Below are positions 1 through 12,779 of a stretch of DNA of 64,000 bases, one piece after another. The DNA lies in the NCBI GenBank assembly GCA_047967505.1, contig CM106538.1. One strand, 5' to 3'. Below the pieces are notes generated by a model. That model had not been told where the DNA came from and ran no database searches. It worked only from the letters and a program-made list of their open reading frames with translations. The first letter of the stretch is position 1, and the number at the start of each line of letters is the position of its first letter. Made by a program: the position numbers and the translations under genes. This stretch comes from Dipteris shenzhenensis. Its lineage: Eukaryota.

Positions 1-1700
1 TGGAAGACACCCATAGTGTTGGTTCTAGGGTGTTGTTTTGTTTGAGGAGATAGAGGATAATGAAAAACGCAAACCAACAGGAATCCTGGACCGAGGAACA
101 ATGCAAGTACGCAAATTGGAAGATACCCACAGGGTTGGTTGCATGGCATGGTCTACCTCTATCAGAAGCTACCTGGAAATCCGTATACTAGTTACGGAGA
201 GTGTTCCCAGACTTTATCATCGAGGACTCTGATGCCTGAAGAGGGAAGGAATGTTACGCTCAAGTCGAGGTAACATGACCTCGGAAGGGTCAGTCGGCAT
301 TTTTCTTTAAAGGATCAATGTTTGTATTATATTTGTTTGGGCTTCATGTAAATGATCAAAAAAGGGAATCAAGGTCAAGGTCCTTGGTGAGGGTGACATG
401 GCAGTAGACTAGGTGGATTCAAGGCTAAGGGACCTAAATGCATGAAATGTGCGAAGGGGCAAATGGTTTTAATGATATCCCAAAAGGAGGGTAAATGATG
501 CATTAAGGAAGGACCCTAAAATAAAGACATGTGGCATACTAGATCCATCTAGGGAATTTTGGGGCTCGTTGGGAATAAGCAAGCAGAAGCTTTCACGTAA
601 GTGTGATTTTTTTAGAGCTTGCTACCACTGAGATTGGCTGGGAGGCGATTCTATGTGTCTGCACCCGTGATTTGACGTGAAATTTTAAGGAGAAAACTTG
701 TTTTTACGAATCACGATCATTGGACTGTAGCACCAGAAACAGTAGCAGGCTGTTAAGGGTATGCAATTAATGATTATCAAGATTCAATAGTAGACTGTAG
801 CATGCAATTATCAATAGTTGCAGGATGCTATGCAGACCAAAAAAAGCGAAGAAGGGGGCCAAGTTTGTCAGTGCATTCAGCCCATATTCTGCCCCAAATC
901 AACCACTCCTTCAGGGCCACATGCCAAGCAAGAGAAGATGAAGCATTATGTAGCAGCAACAATACACATGTAGGTCATATCTTCAGTAGCCCAGAACATG
1001 CAACAGTAGTAGCAGAAGGGCATGGAATGGTAGTAATGGCAGAGCATGCAATAGTAGTAGTAGTAGAACATGCAACAGTAGTGGTAGAAGTCCACCCTAC
1101 AACCTAGGTCCCAGATATGCAGCGATGCATCAATAGGCTGATTGCATGGCAGATCCGTACAGTTGTACAGCAGTTGTATGGCAGGTCGATTCAGCTGTAC
1201 GACAGATGCACAATCTTGTACGGCAGTGTGGATACTGATGGCATCTACTGTTGCATTGATTTCAGGGAAGCGTGGGTACAGAGGGCTTGTGTCTGCCGGA
1301 CGACAAACCCAATAATTGAAATTGCAATTTCCAAAGTGCAACGTCCGATTTCCAAAGTAAAGGGCTTTTCAGTTTTTTACTAAGAAGAAGCGTGTCTAAA
1401 CATGTCTGAAGGTAGGACAGGTAGCTCGAAAGTGTCTTATCATGAGCACTTGAATCTTAACAAACATGCTCCTCATGACAAGCTTTTGAAATAGCGTGAA
1501 CCTGTGGCCTTTGAGACAAAGCATGGGCTACGTTCTCCCTTCCTGGCGTGTGCTGAATCTGAAAATTAAATGCAGCTATGTTAGAAGCCCATCTCATGTG
1601 CTTCTTCCTCACAGGTGTCTGTGTGAAAAAGTAAAGGATACTCTGGTGGTCAGTCTAGATCAGAAAACCAACACCCAAAAGATAGTACTTCTAGGCATAA
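1..1700 (+). mobile_element. 3' end of a decayed Ty3/gypsy chromovirus: chromodomain, PPT and start of the 3' LTR
   Basis: About 136-238 reads LVAWHGLPLSEATWKS...FPDFIIED (chromodomain). Purine tract gaagagggaaggaa (238-251) is followed by TGTTACG at 252. The right end of the LTR was not determined. Confidence 0.6.
990..1090. repeat. Degenerate minisatellite of about 21-24 bp (GAACATGCAACAGTAGTAG-like, about 4 units)
   Basis: Directly visible repeat units inside the LTR-like region. Confidence 0.7.
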
Positions 1701-1739
1701 AGCATGGATCACAACACTAAGCTGCTTTCATAAACATCG

Positions 1740-2212
1740 TAAATTCAGTTCATCTTCATTTATCTTCTGCTCTCATAGGGCATTGCATGCCCCCCTACAA
1801 AAGTTTGGCTACAATGCAACCACCATTGGCATTTGCACTACAAATGGCTTCTACAAGTCAGACATTACATGTTAGAGCTTTCTTCAGTTGCTCAAAAGAT
1901 GATTTTTCTTTGTATTCCATGTGAAATTTGTTATTTTCTTCGTTAAATCATGCGATGGAGATGCTTTCTGTGCAAAGTGATGTATAAATCTTTTGTAAAA
2001 TGAGGATAACCCTAGAGATGACCTCACCTCATGCAATGTCTTCAAATCACTACTAGAGCTACTTTCTTTTGTGATTCTCTTTTGGTTCTCGTGGTACCCA
2101 CTGCGATGAAGTTCGGGATAACAAGGACCCTCAAATAGTGTACAACCATGCACATACCATGTTCCAAGCTCTACGAGGCTCTTCAATTGGAAGCAAAACA
2201 AGCTCTGATACC
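1740..2212 (-). mobile_element. Internally deleted Ty3/gypsy relic: PBS followed by an RT-RNaseH connection fragment
   Basis: gctctgatacc at about 2202-2212 is a minus-strand tRNA-iMet PBS. LHEVRSSLGLSSFYKRFIHHFAQKASP..DLTKK..FTW begins only about 170 nt downstream. Confidence 0.7.
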
Positions 2213-3344
2213 TATTAGAGTCGGGCTATAGCCGAAGCACAACATGTATTAGTGAGGAGGTGCCAAGAGAAGCCCATGAGAGGGCTTTATTAGAAGGGTG
2301 CTTTGCAGGACACATGGCACCAAAGTATTGGGCCAAATGGTATGAACTGGGCATGGGGAGGGTTCCTTAGAGAGCTCAACTTGGAAGGTCATTCACAGAC
2401 ATGCTGAAACTTTTCTCAAAAGCATCTCTCTTATTTGCACCATGTCACTGGACCAAGCTGCTTCCAGAGAGGAATTTTTCTATAAATGCTTGGAAAACAC
2501 CATGCAAATCAGCTTCCGAAAGGAGCTAATAAAGGTAAGTATAAGAAAAACTAGCTGTCCTAAAGAAACCAGCCCGTTATGAAGAATCAAGCTCACTGCC
2601 TAGGGAATATCTAGCACAGGGGCTAACAACCAGGGTGGGGGCCTATACGTCCAATGGATGCCTCGCTTGTTGAAAGTGTAGAAAGTGCCTGCAGGCCAAG
2701 CCTTACTGAAATGCTCCCGCCTTTCGGCAATCACTCTCGATCCTAGAGTCCCACACTCCCGAATGTCACGGAGCGTATCGATGTCTTGCCAAATGGCCAC
2801 TAGAGTGGCTGTGACGGAGTGACATGTTGGTGTCCCATCACCAAGCTGCAACGAGCCACCCAAATGTTCCAGGTGGTGATGCTGGCTACCGTCTCTTAAA
2901 CACTACAATTCAGTGATTGCGGTAGCTGGGAGGGGGGAACTTCATCATATGCCTCTATCATGATGGCTTACTCTCCATGACCCCTCTTCATCAGTCATGT
3001 GACCATCTCCCATGTGAAGTTCCTTTCCATCCTCTTCGCACTGGCAATAATCTAGAGAGCACCAAATCCTGTGTGCTGCTTGACAGTACCATAGACAATG
3101 CGGGACCATCTCTAAATTTGTTTGCACAGTTTTGGCATCTGCAGTCCACCCCATCCTTTTCAACTAGGATGCAATGGGCAAGCCTCCATGCCCTATTATC
3201 TAAAAAAATAAGAAATCTTCCGTAGTCTGAGGCTGGACCACAGTCTAGACCCAAAACTTGAGATGAACTTGTGGGTAACCTGCTTGTTAGAAATATGGTG
3301 GAGAGAGAGAGAAAGAAAGAAAGACAGAAAGAAAGAAAGAAAGA

Positions 3345-4075
3345 TATATTAACGTTCGCCGGAGGCCTCACGGGCCTATGGGACAAAGTACGGAATCAAG
3401 TAACTCATATAGACCACTGTGGGCCGGGGCAAAGGGCTCACTAAGGCCCTTGCAGAGTACTAAAATGCTATACTAGTACAAAATAGCAAAAAAAGTAGCA
3501 AAATAGCATGAGAGTGGCATGAAGATATCAAGTGCTCAGAGCTAGAGTCCCAAGTGTATGAACCGGCTCCATGTATCGAGGCTCCATGATGGCTCTCTGA
3601 TGAGATGCAAAGAGCTCACGTATTCGCATTTGTCGGAATGTCTCCTATGGTGGTGGACGGCGTGGTCTCCTCGATCTCTGGATCCGGTGAGCTATGTCAA
3701 GGTTGATGCCTCGCCTCGGTCGATCTCCCCTAAGGAGAGCTGAAATAGGTCGGACCTTGATCGTGTGTGCTCTAGTCGCCTGTCGCACCGTGTACGGTCT
3801 TTGTGTCCCTCGTCTGGTGTGTTGTGTTGGCTCTCTCCACTGATCCATATATCTCTCATGTTGGCTAGCTCCTCCTCCTTTATTCCAGAGTGCCCTGGGG
3901 CTGAGTCAAATGCATAGAAATCTGTGACCTGTCTCTGCTCGGTGTACCTCGGTACCCTGTGGTGCGGTGGTCCCATCCTCCTGCTGTCCGATATGTCGTA
4001 GTAGTATCTCCTTGTGTCGTCGCATCTCCATCAGGTAGAGCCAAATACAGCCGTGGGCCTGGAAGTGGATCAGTT
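3345..4075 (-). mobile_element. RTEX-like LINE, 3' fragment (mostly 3' UTR) with (TTTC)n(TC)n tail
   Basis: 3540-3800 is visibly homologous to the 3' region of the 38540-40863 element. Terminal stem-loop motif at 3354-3385; tail at 3301-3344. Confidence 0.75.
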
Positions 4076-4100
4076 GAGAGAGAAAGAAAGAAAGAAAGAA

Positions 4101-4126
4101 ATTTTATTAAAGGTCCACGGAAGGCC

Positions 4127-4128
<2 letters not shown>
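4101..4128 (-). mobile_element. 28-bp 3'-terminal stub of an RTEX-like LINE, between (GAAA)n and (GA)n
   Basis: Reverse complement ATGGCCTTCCGTGGACCTTTAATAAAAT matches the 3' half of the family terminal motif. Confidence 0.65.
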
Positions 4129-4159
<31 letters not shown>

Positions 4160-4161
<2 letters not shown>

Positions 4162-5671
4162 GATTAGCGTCCTCGGGGGGCCAAAAATGACCCATGGGAC
4201 CCGTCTCGATACAATGTAAAAAGAGTGTCCTCAAGGAGAGAGGTCAGGAGTCCATGAGTTCCCGACGACAGGTAAAAAGATGAGTGACAAAAGATCCCAA
4301 TGCTGCCGGAGAGGCAGTGGAGAGAATTGATGTCAACTTAACGGAGTCCTCGTGTATCTGCTGGTAGTCCTCCCTGATATGTGCATATCGGGGGCACTGT
4401 AGAGCTACATGTGCCTCTGTCTCAAGTGTTTGCATGTCACAAAGGGTACAGACTCTAGCATGTCTAGGCTGGTGTATCCAAAATCCCTGCTCAATGGCAA
4501 ATGTATGAGATCTGGTACGGAACTTGGCGATGTTTCTGCGATATAGAAGGGGGATAGGTGTGCTAATATAAGTCTAAGCATGAGTCTCTATGGACATGTA
4601 TATAGACCAACATGTGGGATTTATGTTGTCTTGGTAATATTCCAGCTTTACCCTCTTTTCACTTGTCAACCAGTCATTCGGCAAAGTGCTCAGTAAAGAT
4701 AATTGAAACTCTTGCATGTTGACCTTTTCAGGCGGCATGATCAAATATGCTTCCACTTTCCATCTGCTGAACCATTTTCTTATGTCGGTTGCCCATCCTG
4801 TGTAGATGACCTTACTTTTGTAGTTCTTTTGAAGCTTTGTGCTGGCATTCCATGCTTTATGAGGCAGCCTATCAGGTTGCATTTGCTGCACCTCTATTAG
4901 GTATTGCATAACTCTGATCAATGCATGAAATTCAATTGGTCTTCTTCGCGTTTCCAACAGAAGTATTGAGTATGGAGTAGTGGGTTTGACACCAAGGTTT
5001 CTCCTTAGGAAAGCTTTTTGTATTTTCTCAATATCATTCCATGTAGAGGCTGAAATGCTGCCCCCCCATACTTCCACTCCATATAATATTGTCTGCACTA
5101 CATATGCATCAAACAATATATTTCGAATTTTCCAGTTCATAGTGTCGGTGTGCCTGCAATCATTCTCAAGCTGGTAGTACTTCCCCCAACCAGTGTCCAT
5201 CCTTCTATGTATACATTGCCACCATCTGTGATCTGCCGGTCTATCAGGTGCTGACATACTCAATGATCTGTCCATCAAAGGTGATCTCAGGGGGATGTTC
5301 TGGCTGATTGGTACAAACTGCCATCATCTTTGTTTTTCCGACATTTACTTGCAGCTTGCTTTCCCTACAAAAAGTCTTAAGCACTTGTAAAAGTTTGTGC
5401 ATAGATTCCGGATCGTATGCAAAAAGGACGACATCATCTGCGTATAACAACAATAGCACTGTCCAAAGCCCCAATTGCGGTCCTTGCAACCCTTTCTCTA
5501 CTACAAATTCATTGATGAGTTCCTCCAGTTGGTCAATGCATATTCCAAACAAGGTAGGCGATAGAGGGCAACCTTGCTTCACTCCCATATTGCTCTCAAA
5601 TACATCAGACATACCTTGTGTTTGTTTGAGTCGGCATAATACCTTTTCATAGATGCGAGAGATGCCTACCC

Positions 5672-5674
<3 letters not shown>
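4160..5674 (-). mobile_element. 5'-truncated RTEX-like LINE (subfamily B): RT plus C-terminal Zn finger
   Basis: GVKQGCPLSPTLF, LLYADD, VNVGKTK, LYGVEVWG; C-terminal FRTRSH..IEQG...CTLCD...EAHVALQCPRY. (GA)n on both sides (4129-4159 and 5675-5716). Confidence 0.9.
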
Positions 5675-5716
<42 letters not shown>

Positions 5717-5719
<3 letters not shown>

Positions 5720-7519
5720 ATTAAAGTTTGTGGAAGACCGATGGGTCTATGAGACTGTGAAAAATATCCTGTGACTAGAAGAAATCAGTGATGGGCCGTT
5801 GGGTGTCCCCACGCTGTGTGTGCTACGCGTGTCGCCGTGCTCGGAGAGACGTATCTCGGTGGCGAGTCATCTCATGTAAGAAAGCGGCTAGGCATCGCTG
5901 ATCCGGGAACTGCAACATGTGTGGGAGGGGGCCGAATCCGTCGCGGAAGAGGCAGAGGTACCGGCCTCAAATGGCATAATAGATAGGACATCTGAAAGCA
6001 AAGTGCTCCTCCGACTCGATCTCCTGCAAGTCGCAAAGTGGGCAAAGGCGGCCCTCTCGTGGGATACCCTCTGCGGGTTCGCTCTCGATCCGTAATCGGT
6101 GTGACGAAACCCTAAACTGACCGAGGGAGATCCGGAGCGCATGTGGTAGATGAAGCTGTGTGTAACCCGGAGGTGTGATGAAGCCCTCCTGTGAGATCTG
6201 GAGGCAGTGTCGGCAGTAGAAGTCGAGCTTCACAGGAAGCTCGGGGTGAAGAAACCATGTCCGCCAGGTGTGGAGCTGGAGCAGATCCGCTCGAATGAGC
6301 CGGTTGACCTCCTGGTCAGTGGGGGAGAGAGGAGATGGTGGAGCGTCGAGGCTGTACTGAAAAGGAGGCAACCGGTCTAAGTCGAGGCCCAGTTGGGTGA
6401 ACCAACTGGAAAGACGACTATACCAGCATCGCTGGTCCCCATCAACGGATAAGGCCATAGAGGAGGATAGGGCTAGCCAAGGTAGGCGGAGGTGACCGTC
6501 AGAGGAGGAGCTGAAATCCCTGACTCTGTGTAGATAAGCGATAGCCTGGAAAGCCGCATCGAGCTGTAGGGGTGAGGCGCCGAACTCTGCTAGAATGATC
6601 TGGTGTGGTACCAATGGTTTGTTGCGGATCATCTGAGCAAACATCAGTATCTGTAGGCGCTCGACTTGAGCCCACTCTGTGTCTGAAAGGCCGGCTCCCC
6701 ACCACGGGCTACCGTACATGCCTGCTGGGCGGACCAAAGAATCAGAAAGGAGAGACTTGGTCCGCGGGTCCTGGAAGTGGGAGTGGTAGCATTGTCGCTC
6801 CAGCCTGGCAAGAGCGGCGTAGCCCCGGCTGATCCTGGCCTGCATGGCCGGGCGCATCATGAAGATCGGGCCTGAGAAGACAACGCCCAAGTATGTGTAA
6901 GAGTCAACTATCTCACCAGGGTCGCCGGCGAAGAGGAACTGCTCTCGGTGCATAGCGGGTCTGGAAGTGTTGAAGATCATCACCTTGGTTTTCCCAAGGT
7001 TGATCTTCAAGTCATGTGTATCACAGAAGACTTGAAGTCCATCCAGGTGTCGCTGAAGACCAGTAGCAGAAGAGGATAGTAGTACTACATCGTCTGTGTA
7101 TAGGAGAATCTGGATGACAGCCTCTGCAAGAGAGCAGCCTGCACCTCCGAGTGTCCTGATGGTGGTCTCGAGCTCAGCTCGTCGATGTAGAGGCCAAATA
7201 GAGTCGGTGACAAGGGACATGCTTGTTTGACTCCGATAGTGCTCGTGATCTCTGGGGTCCAGCTGGTGCCAATCCTTACCTGGCCCGTCACCTGTTCATA
7301 GAGAGCCACTACTGCCCAAATAACCTCTGAGTCGTAGCCGAACTCTTGCAGGCGTCTGACGAGTTGGGCGCAGGGAACGGTGTGGAATGCCTTGCGGAAA
7401 TCCACGAAGCAACAATATACTCTCTGTCTCCTGTGTCTGGCCTCCTCAATGATCCCTCTAAGTGTAAAAATGTGATCGTAAGTCGAGTGATCCATCCTGA
7501 AACCGGCCTGTTCGGACAC
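5717..7519 (-). mobile_element. 5'-truncated RTEX-like LINE (subfamily A): RT plus C-terminal Zn finger
   Basis: EQAGFR..STYDHIFTL..FVDFRKAF..GVKQACPLSPTLF..LLYTDD..FRVSSHRLRIE..CPLCD..EEHFAFRCPIY, with a frameshift. (GA)n on both sides (5675-5716 and 7520-7544). Confidence 0.92.
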
Positions 7520-7553
7520 AGAGAGAGAGAGAGAGAGAGAGAGAAGGTTAGGG

Positions 7554-7806
7554 TGTGAGGAAATGATGCTCAAATGAAGACATGAAGAAGGCTTTCATTC
7601 ATTGATCAATTATGACATGACAAGTGAAGTACAAGCCCTATATAGGCTATTCACTCACACACTAGCACCAAGTGCATATGGGATAAGTCCCATAGTGACA
7701 TGTGGCAGTCACACATGACTCACACACATGAACTAGTACTTGAACTCCTAGTACTACACGCCAACACATCACATCACCACACTCTTTGGCTCTGATATCT
7801 CTAACA
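7554..7806 (-). mobile_element. LTR of about 253 bp (probably copia-type) with adjacent PPT
   Basis: TG...CA ends (tgtgagg...ctaaca). The minus strand has AAAGGGGCG immediately before TGTTAGAG, and there is a TATA-like cctatatagg. Confidence 0.55.
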
Positions 7807-8084
7807 CGCCCCTTTAGAGCAAACAGTGTGAGACCCAAGACACAAAGAGTAGACCGATCCCCCCTCCACCGCAATACTGAACGCATGAAATGCATGCTAT
7901 GTGCAATGAGAATAAACCAAGGCATGGAGTTTTTGCCATTGATTTCTAGTCTCCAATTTGAGTCTATCAACCCATAAAACTAGTCTCAAGTATAATGCGA
8001 ACGAAGAGTGAGAGCACCATGCACATATGATAACCTCTTTTTTTTGCATTACAATGCATGACCATAAAGTAAAATTTGAACCCG

Positions 8085-8871
8085 TTCAGGAGGAGCATTT
8101 CATTTTCAGATGCACAGTATACTATGACATTCGAGGGCGCTACTTTTGTCTCTTGAGAGAGAGGTCCAGGTTGCTATCACGCTTTCTATCTTTTGCAGAT
8201 CAGAGATGTTTGGCCACCCACATCCATAAAACAGTCAAACACCGAGAGCGCCTACTTAGATTGTAGAGACAGGGAGGGGGTATACTGGCAGACTTCTCTC
8301 AGAGTATGATCACGGAGTTTTTTCAGCCGGACCGCACATGCTCTTGCCCCGCGGGGTTTCGACACAGATGTGACCCAAAGTGACGACATACCCGACACAT
8401 GATGGATGCACATAATACTCTTGAAGACATTTCTTCCATGTTCAGGTTTGGAGCGCGACCGACGGGGGTCACCATAGCCCTTGTCAGACGTAGAGCCACA
8501 TCTAGGAGATTGCGCATGGCCACGTCCTCGGGTAGTCGACAGCAGTCTATCTCTGGCTTCATGTTACCACTCCCTCACTGTCCTTGAGAGGGAGGGGTGG
8601 GGGGAGCTGCATTTGTGATACTGGACCAGATTTTGCTTTTTTGTACTCAGATGATACGTAGTGGTAATGATGATGGAGATGGCCATATTGATAGTGATAT
8701 GATGTTATCATTGATGCTATTCTAAATATGTAGCATTTGGCTTTAGTATGGGTGTTGATGCTCGTTTAGTAGCTCCACCCTTTCGGATTGGTTTGTATCA
8801 GGTTTCTCATTGTCTCATAGACCCATCGGTCTTTTGAAGACTCTAATAAACTTTCTTTCTTTCTTTCTTTC
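8085..8871 (+). mobile_element. RTEX-like LINE 3' fragment with (TTTC)n tail
   Basis: EEHFIFRCTVYYDIRGRY...DQRCLA; terminal stem-loop at 8812-8841, then AATAAA and (CTTT)5. Confidence 0.85.
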
Positions 8872-9557
8872 AGCAATCCTTTAGTGATTTGGCAGGCACA
8901 GTAGACAGTTACAGTCTGCAGGTTGAGATCAGCAGTACAGCAGGTGGTGGGCCAGTACGGGCCTGCCACTTGGCAGTCGAGTGGGCACACAGCTGGAGGT
9001 GGCTGGCAGTTACAGACTGGGTCGGTCCAATCTGCAGGTCTGGTTGGCTGAACTCTAGTCTGGGTCAGCCAGATTTGGAGGGCATTTGTCCTATAAATAG
9101 GAGCCCCAAGTGGGGGTCTAGCATGCAAGGAGTGCGTCAGTTATGCTGCAGATCTCACCTAGGAAGAAGAGCAGCAGGGAGGTCTGGATCAGAGTTCAGC
9201 ATCAATACTCCAAGAGCCATTGAATCCTATTAGAAGGCAATGCAGCAGGAGGAGGTAATGCAGCAGAAGGATCCGGAAGAATGCCTACTTCAAGGTGACA
9301 AGTGGAGCAGCGTTGTGCTGTTGTGTACTTGAGTGAGGGCATATTTTAGATTTGGTGCTGTCCAGTTTGGAACAGCTATTATTTCTTCTCTCATTGGTAC
9401 TGTGCGTACACCTTAGCGATACTTCTGTGCACTTAAGAGTGAGAATTGATTTAGGCCTTGTGAGATCCTGCACATATTCTTCCGCTGCTTGCAGGAGTGT
9501 TGGCTACAGCAAGCGACCTCCATCTGTTATTCTAACACTAGTTGTGTAGTGGATTCT

Positions 9558-9812
9558 ATCAAACACTCTCTAAGCCATGCTTATTATACACCATTACTTT
9601 GGCTGCCATAAGTTGTCTCTCAAAAAGTCAATCTCTCATTGTGTTGAGCCACCATGGGCCAGAGGAGCTGTTATGGGACACTTCAATCAAACGCTCTCTA
9701 AGCCATGCTTATAATACACCATTACTCTGGCTGCCATAAGTTGTCTTTCAAAAAGTCAATCTCTCATTGTGTTGAGCCACCATGGACCAGATGAGCTGTT
9801 ATGGGACACTTC
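9558..9812. repeat. Tandem duplication of a 128-bp unit in LTR-like sequence
   Basis: atcaaac..ctctctaagccatgc...atgggacacttc starts at 9558 and again at 9686, with few mismatches. Confidence 0.9.
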
Positions 9813-10741
9813 CCTTGCTGGAATCACCAGTGCTGTATATGGAGTCAGTGAGCTAGAGCAGAAATCAAGGTTACAGCCGATATGTGACCTCTTCTATAAG
9901 GTCAGTCTGCTCAAGAGAACCTAGAACTCTAGTACCAATTGAAGCCACATGGTACAAGCGCTAAGCTGTCTATGGGATCCTCAAACCCAAGCGGCCTAGC
10001 TCAAGTCTCCTTAAAAAGTCATGGGAAGGTTACCAAGGGGTTCTAAGTTTCTTTCTTACAATGAAGGTATGAGTCATGTTCATATATGTGACTATATAGT
10101 CCCCTGGATTACACGTGTTGATTGGTGCGTTTGACGTTCGATGAGATGGTGCCGCCTATGCCCACAACAATACAATGAGGGGGCGCTGGACTTATATAGT
10201 CCCGTGCACTTTATCTTTCTTAGTCCTCTGTAGGCTCAACAACCTCAGTCCAATGAGGGTTTCATTGATTGGTTTGATATGCTTTAAGGCTGCCATGGTA
10301 GTGGCCAAGATCCTGCAGACTGCAACCATAGGAGTCTGTTGTATACTTCTCTGAATTTGCTGTATAACAAGGTCAATTTCTTTGACAACGTCCATAGGAA
10401 GGGCAAAAGGGTCTGAATGTTTACTCTTTTCATATGGCAGTTCTTGTTGTTCTATCTATTACGTTTCGTAAGAAGTTCATGTGTTTTCAGAGTTATAAGC
10501 ATGCAGTTTGATAATGATGCATAAATCTCTCTCTTTTTATCGGCGCCTTGTCGCCATTTTTCACCTATCATAGTATGCTTTTTGAAGGAAGCTCCATATA
10601 TTCAAGTAGGATGGAGAATTTCGAGCATATATAACATCTAACCGTACATAACCAGACTTCCTATTCAGAGAGAGATTAAATGTTTAAGATTCATGGATGT
10701 CCTTTTTTGCATCTTGGTACTAATAGCTGAATGTCATCCAG

Positions 10742-11311
10742 GTGAAACACTTTGGTTCATTTGTCCGTTATCATGTAAACCTGCCACCTCCAAGTGACGA
10801 TATACAATCCAGGATGCTACTGACATCAATAGATGCTGCAGTGTTTCGGGCAAACACTGACCCAGTGGGCCCAGTCCATGTGAATGTGCCATTCCGAGAA
10901 CCACTAGCAGGAATATATGAGAAATGGAATATCAATTGCTTGAGAGGTTTAGACAAATGGATTTCAGGGTCATTACCTTTCACCCAATATGTAGGACTTG
11001 CACCCATGTTCACAAGTCAACAATCTAGTATCTCAAGCAGTCAAATGAAAGGCATTGCTGACATAATAAGTTGTGCATCTAGGGGGTTGTTACTAGTTGG
11101 AGGCCTTCACAGGGCAGAAGAGGCCCGTGCTGCCTTGTTAATAGCCAAGCATCTTCAATGGCCAGTGATTGCAGATATTCTCTCAGGCATTCGTCTGCGG
11201 CATTGTGAAATGGGTGATGAAGAAGAGAAAGTCCATGTGATTGATCACTTTGATCATGTTTTATTGAGCAGCTCTATACAAACCTTAATAACCCCAGATG
11301 TGGTGATCCAG
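10742..11311 (+). CDS. PHYLLO: PHYLLO exon A (MenD / SEPHCHC synthase region), phase 0-0
   Basis: ccag acceptor ends at 10741 and gtaaga donor starts at 11312; 570 nt. Translates VKHFGSFVRYHVNLPPP...GPVHVNVPFREPL...WPVIADILSG...PDVVIQ, containing the MenD GPVHxNxPFREPL motif. Confidence 0.95.
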
Positions 11312-11330
11312 GTAAGATACCACATGCTTT

Positions 11331-12503
11331 ATTGTTTGAATTCTATTCACAACAAAAAAGACTTATACCGGATATCTAAAAAACATCCAATTCGTTCTTT
11401 TATTTTGGTTCTCTGTACTTGTTGGTAAGGTGAAGAGTGTCTTCTAAGAGCTCTGCTGCTTGAAAGGGTCTTAGACAGCTGCATTTTTATATAGTGCAAG
11501 TTTTTATTAGCATGCAACATGACACAGGGTTATGCCTGCTCCAACAGTTGTTATTTGAAACTGGCAATGTTTATGATCTTCATATTTGACTTAGTGCAGT
11601 GTATGTGTTTGCATGGTACATAAGAGGATCAAAATGGATACTTAAGTATGAAAGGAGAATACTCATAATAATTTATGATGTTTGAAGACCTTTTCATAAT
11701 GATTGAAGGTTCACTCTCAGAAATCAACCGTATACATACGGCAATGAATTTCTTGGATCGGTGGGTTTGAGATAGCATCCTCTTTTTCTGGACTCGTAGC
11801 TTCATCTGACTGACACTTGTTTGGTCATATCAGTTGATTGTTAATAGATTTACTGGCTCATATATCATTCTGTTCATGCATGTGTCTTGCTTGCATTAGC
11901 TAGATTGTGATTATTGTTTGTACAACCCTTGTTTGTTTGAGTTATACTCACAACAAAAAAGACTAATACCTGATATCTAGAAATCACCCAATTTGTCCTC
12001 TAATTTTGGTTCTCTGTAGTTGTTGGTTAGGTAAATAAGATGTCTTGTAAGAGCTCTGTTGCACGAAAGGGTCTTAGACAGCTGCATTTTTATATAGGGC
12101 AAGTTTTTACCATCATGCAATATGACACAGGGTTGTGCCTGCTCCAACAGTTGCTATTTAAAACTGGCAATGTGTATGATCTTCATATTTGACTTAGTGC
12201 AGTGTATGTGTTTGCATGGTACACGAGAGGATCAAAATGGATATCAACTATCAAAAGAGACTACTCAGAATAATTTATGATGTTTCAAGACATTTTCATA
12301 ATGATTAAAGGTTAAGTCTCAGAAATCAACCGTATACATACAACAAGCATCCTCTGTTTCTGGACTGATAGCTTCATCTAACTGACACTTGTTTGTTCAT
12401 ATCACTTGATTGTTTATAGATTTACTGGCTCATATATCATTCTGTTATGCATGTATCTTTCATGCATTAGCTAGATTGTGATTATTGTTTGTACAACACT
12501 TGT
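11331..12503. repeat. Old intronic tandem duplication, unit of about 600 bp
   Basis: About 11331-11931 aligns by eye to about 11932-12503; the second copy lacks about 30 bp. Confidence 0.9.
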
Positions 12504-12779
12504 TTTCTGTTGGGAGACTGTGAAGCAGGTGGGAATGAGCTTGTATTGATGGAACTCTCACAATTGGAGAGGGTACATGAGTGAGAAGTACTCATATGAA
12601 AAATACACACCAAACTGATGCGGTTACAAAATTAGGATTTTTAGACCTTATGATGATGTGGCAGTGCCATGCGGCAAGGCCAGAACTTGTTATTAGCCCA
12701 TTGTAAAGATAAGCTATACATGCTGAGCTTAAAGGCTTCAGATATCTCTGGTTGGTCCAGAAATGACATCAGTAAGTAT

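Noticed and set aside
802-1383. Cys/Tyr-rich and Val-rich ORFs as host proteins
   Set aside because: They are products of a minisatellite in LTR-like DNA; no domain or splice support.
8872-10060. Solo LTR (TATA-like cctataaatagg, ends ..ttaca)
   Set aside because: No clear 5' TG end, TSD, PBS or PPT, so only the internal tandem duplication is reported.
10742-11428. Bacterial menD gene, contamination or recent HGT
   Set aside because: The coding sequence is split by GT-AG introns with consistent phases and is fused to MenC as in plant PHYLLO. The ORF-track extension past 11311 is intron read-through.
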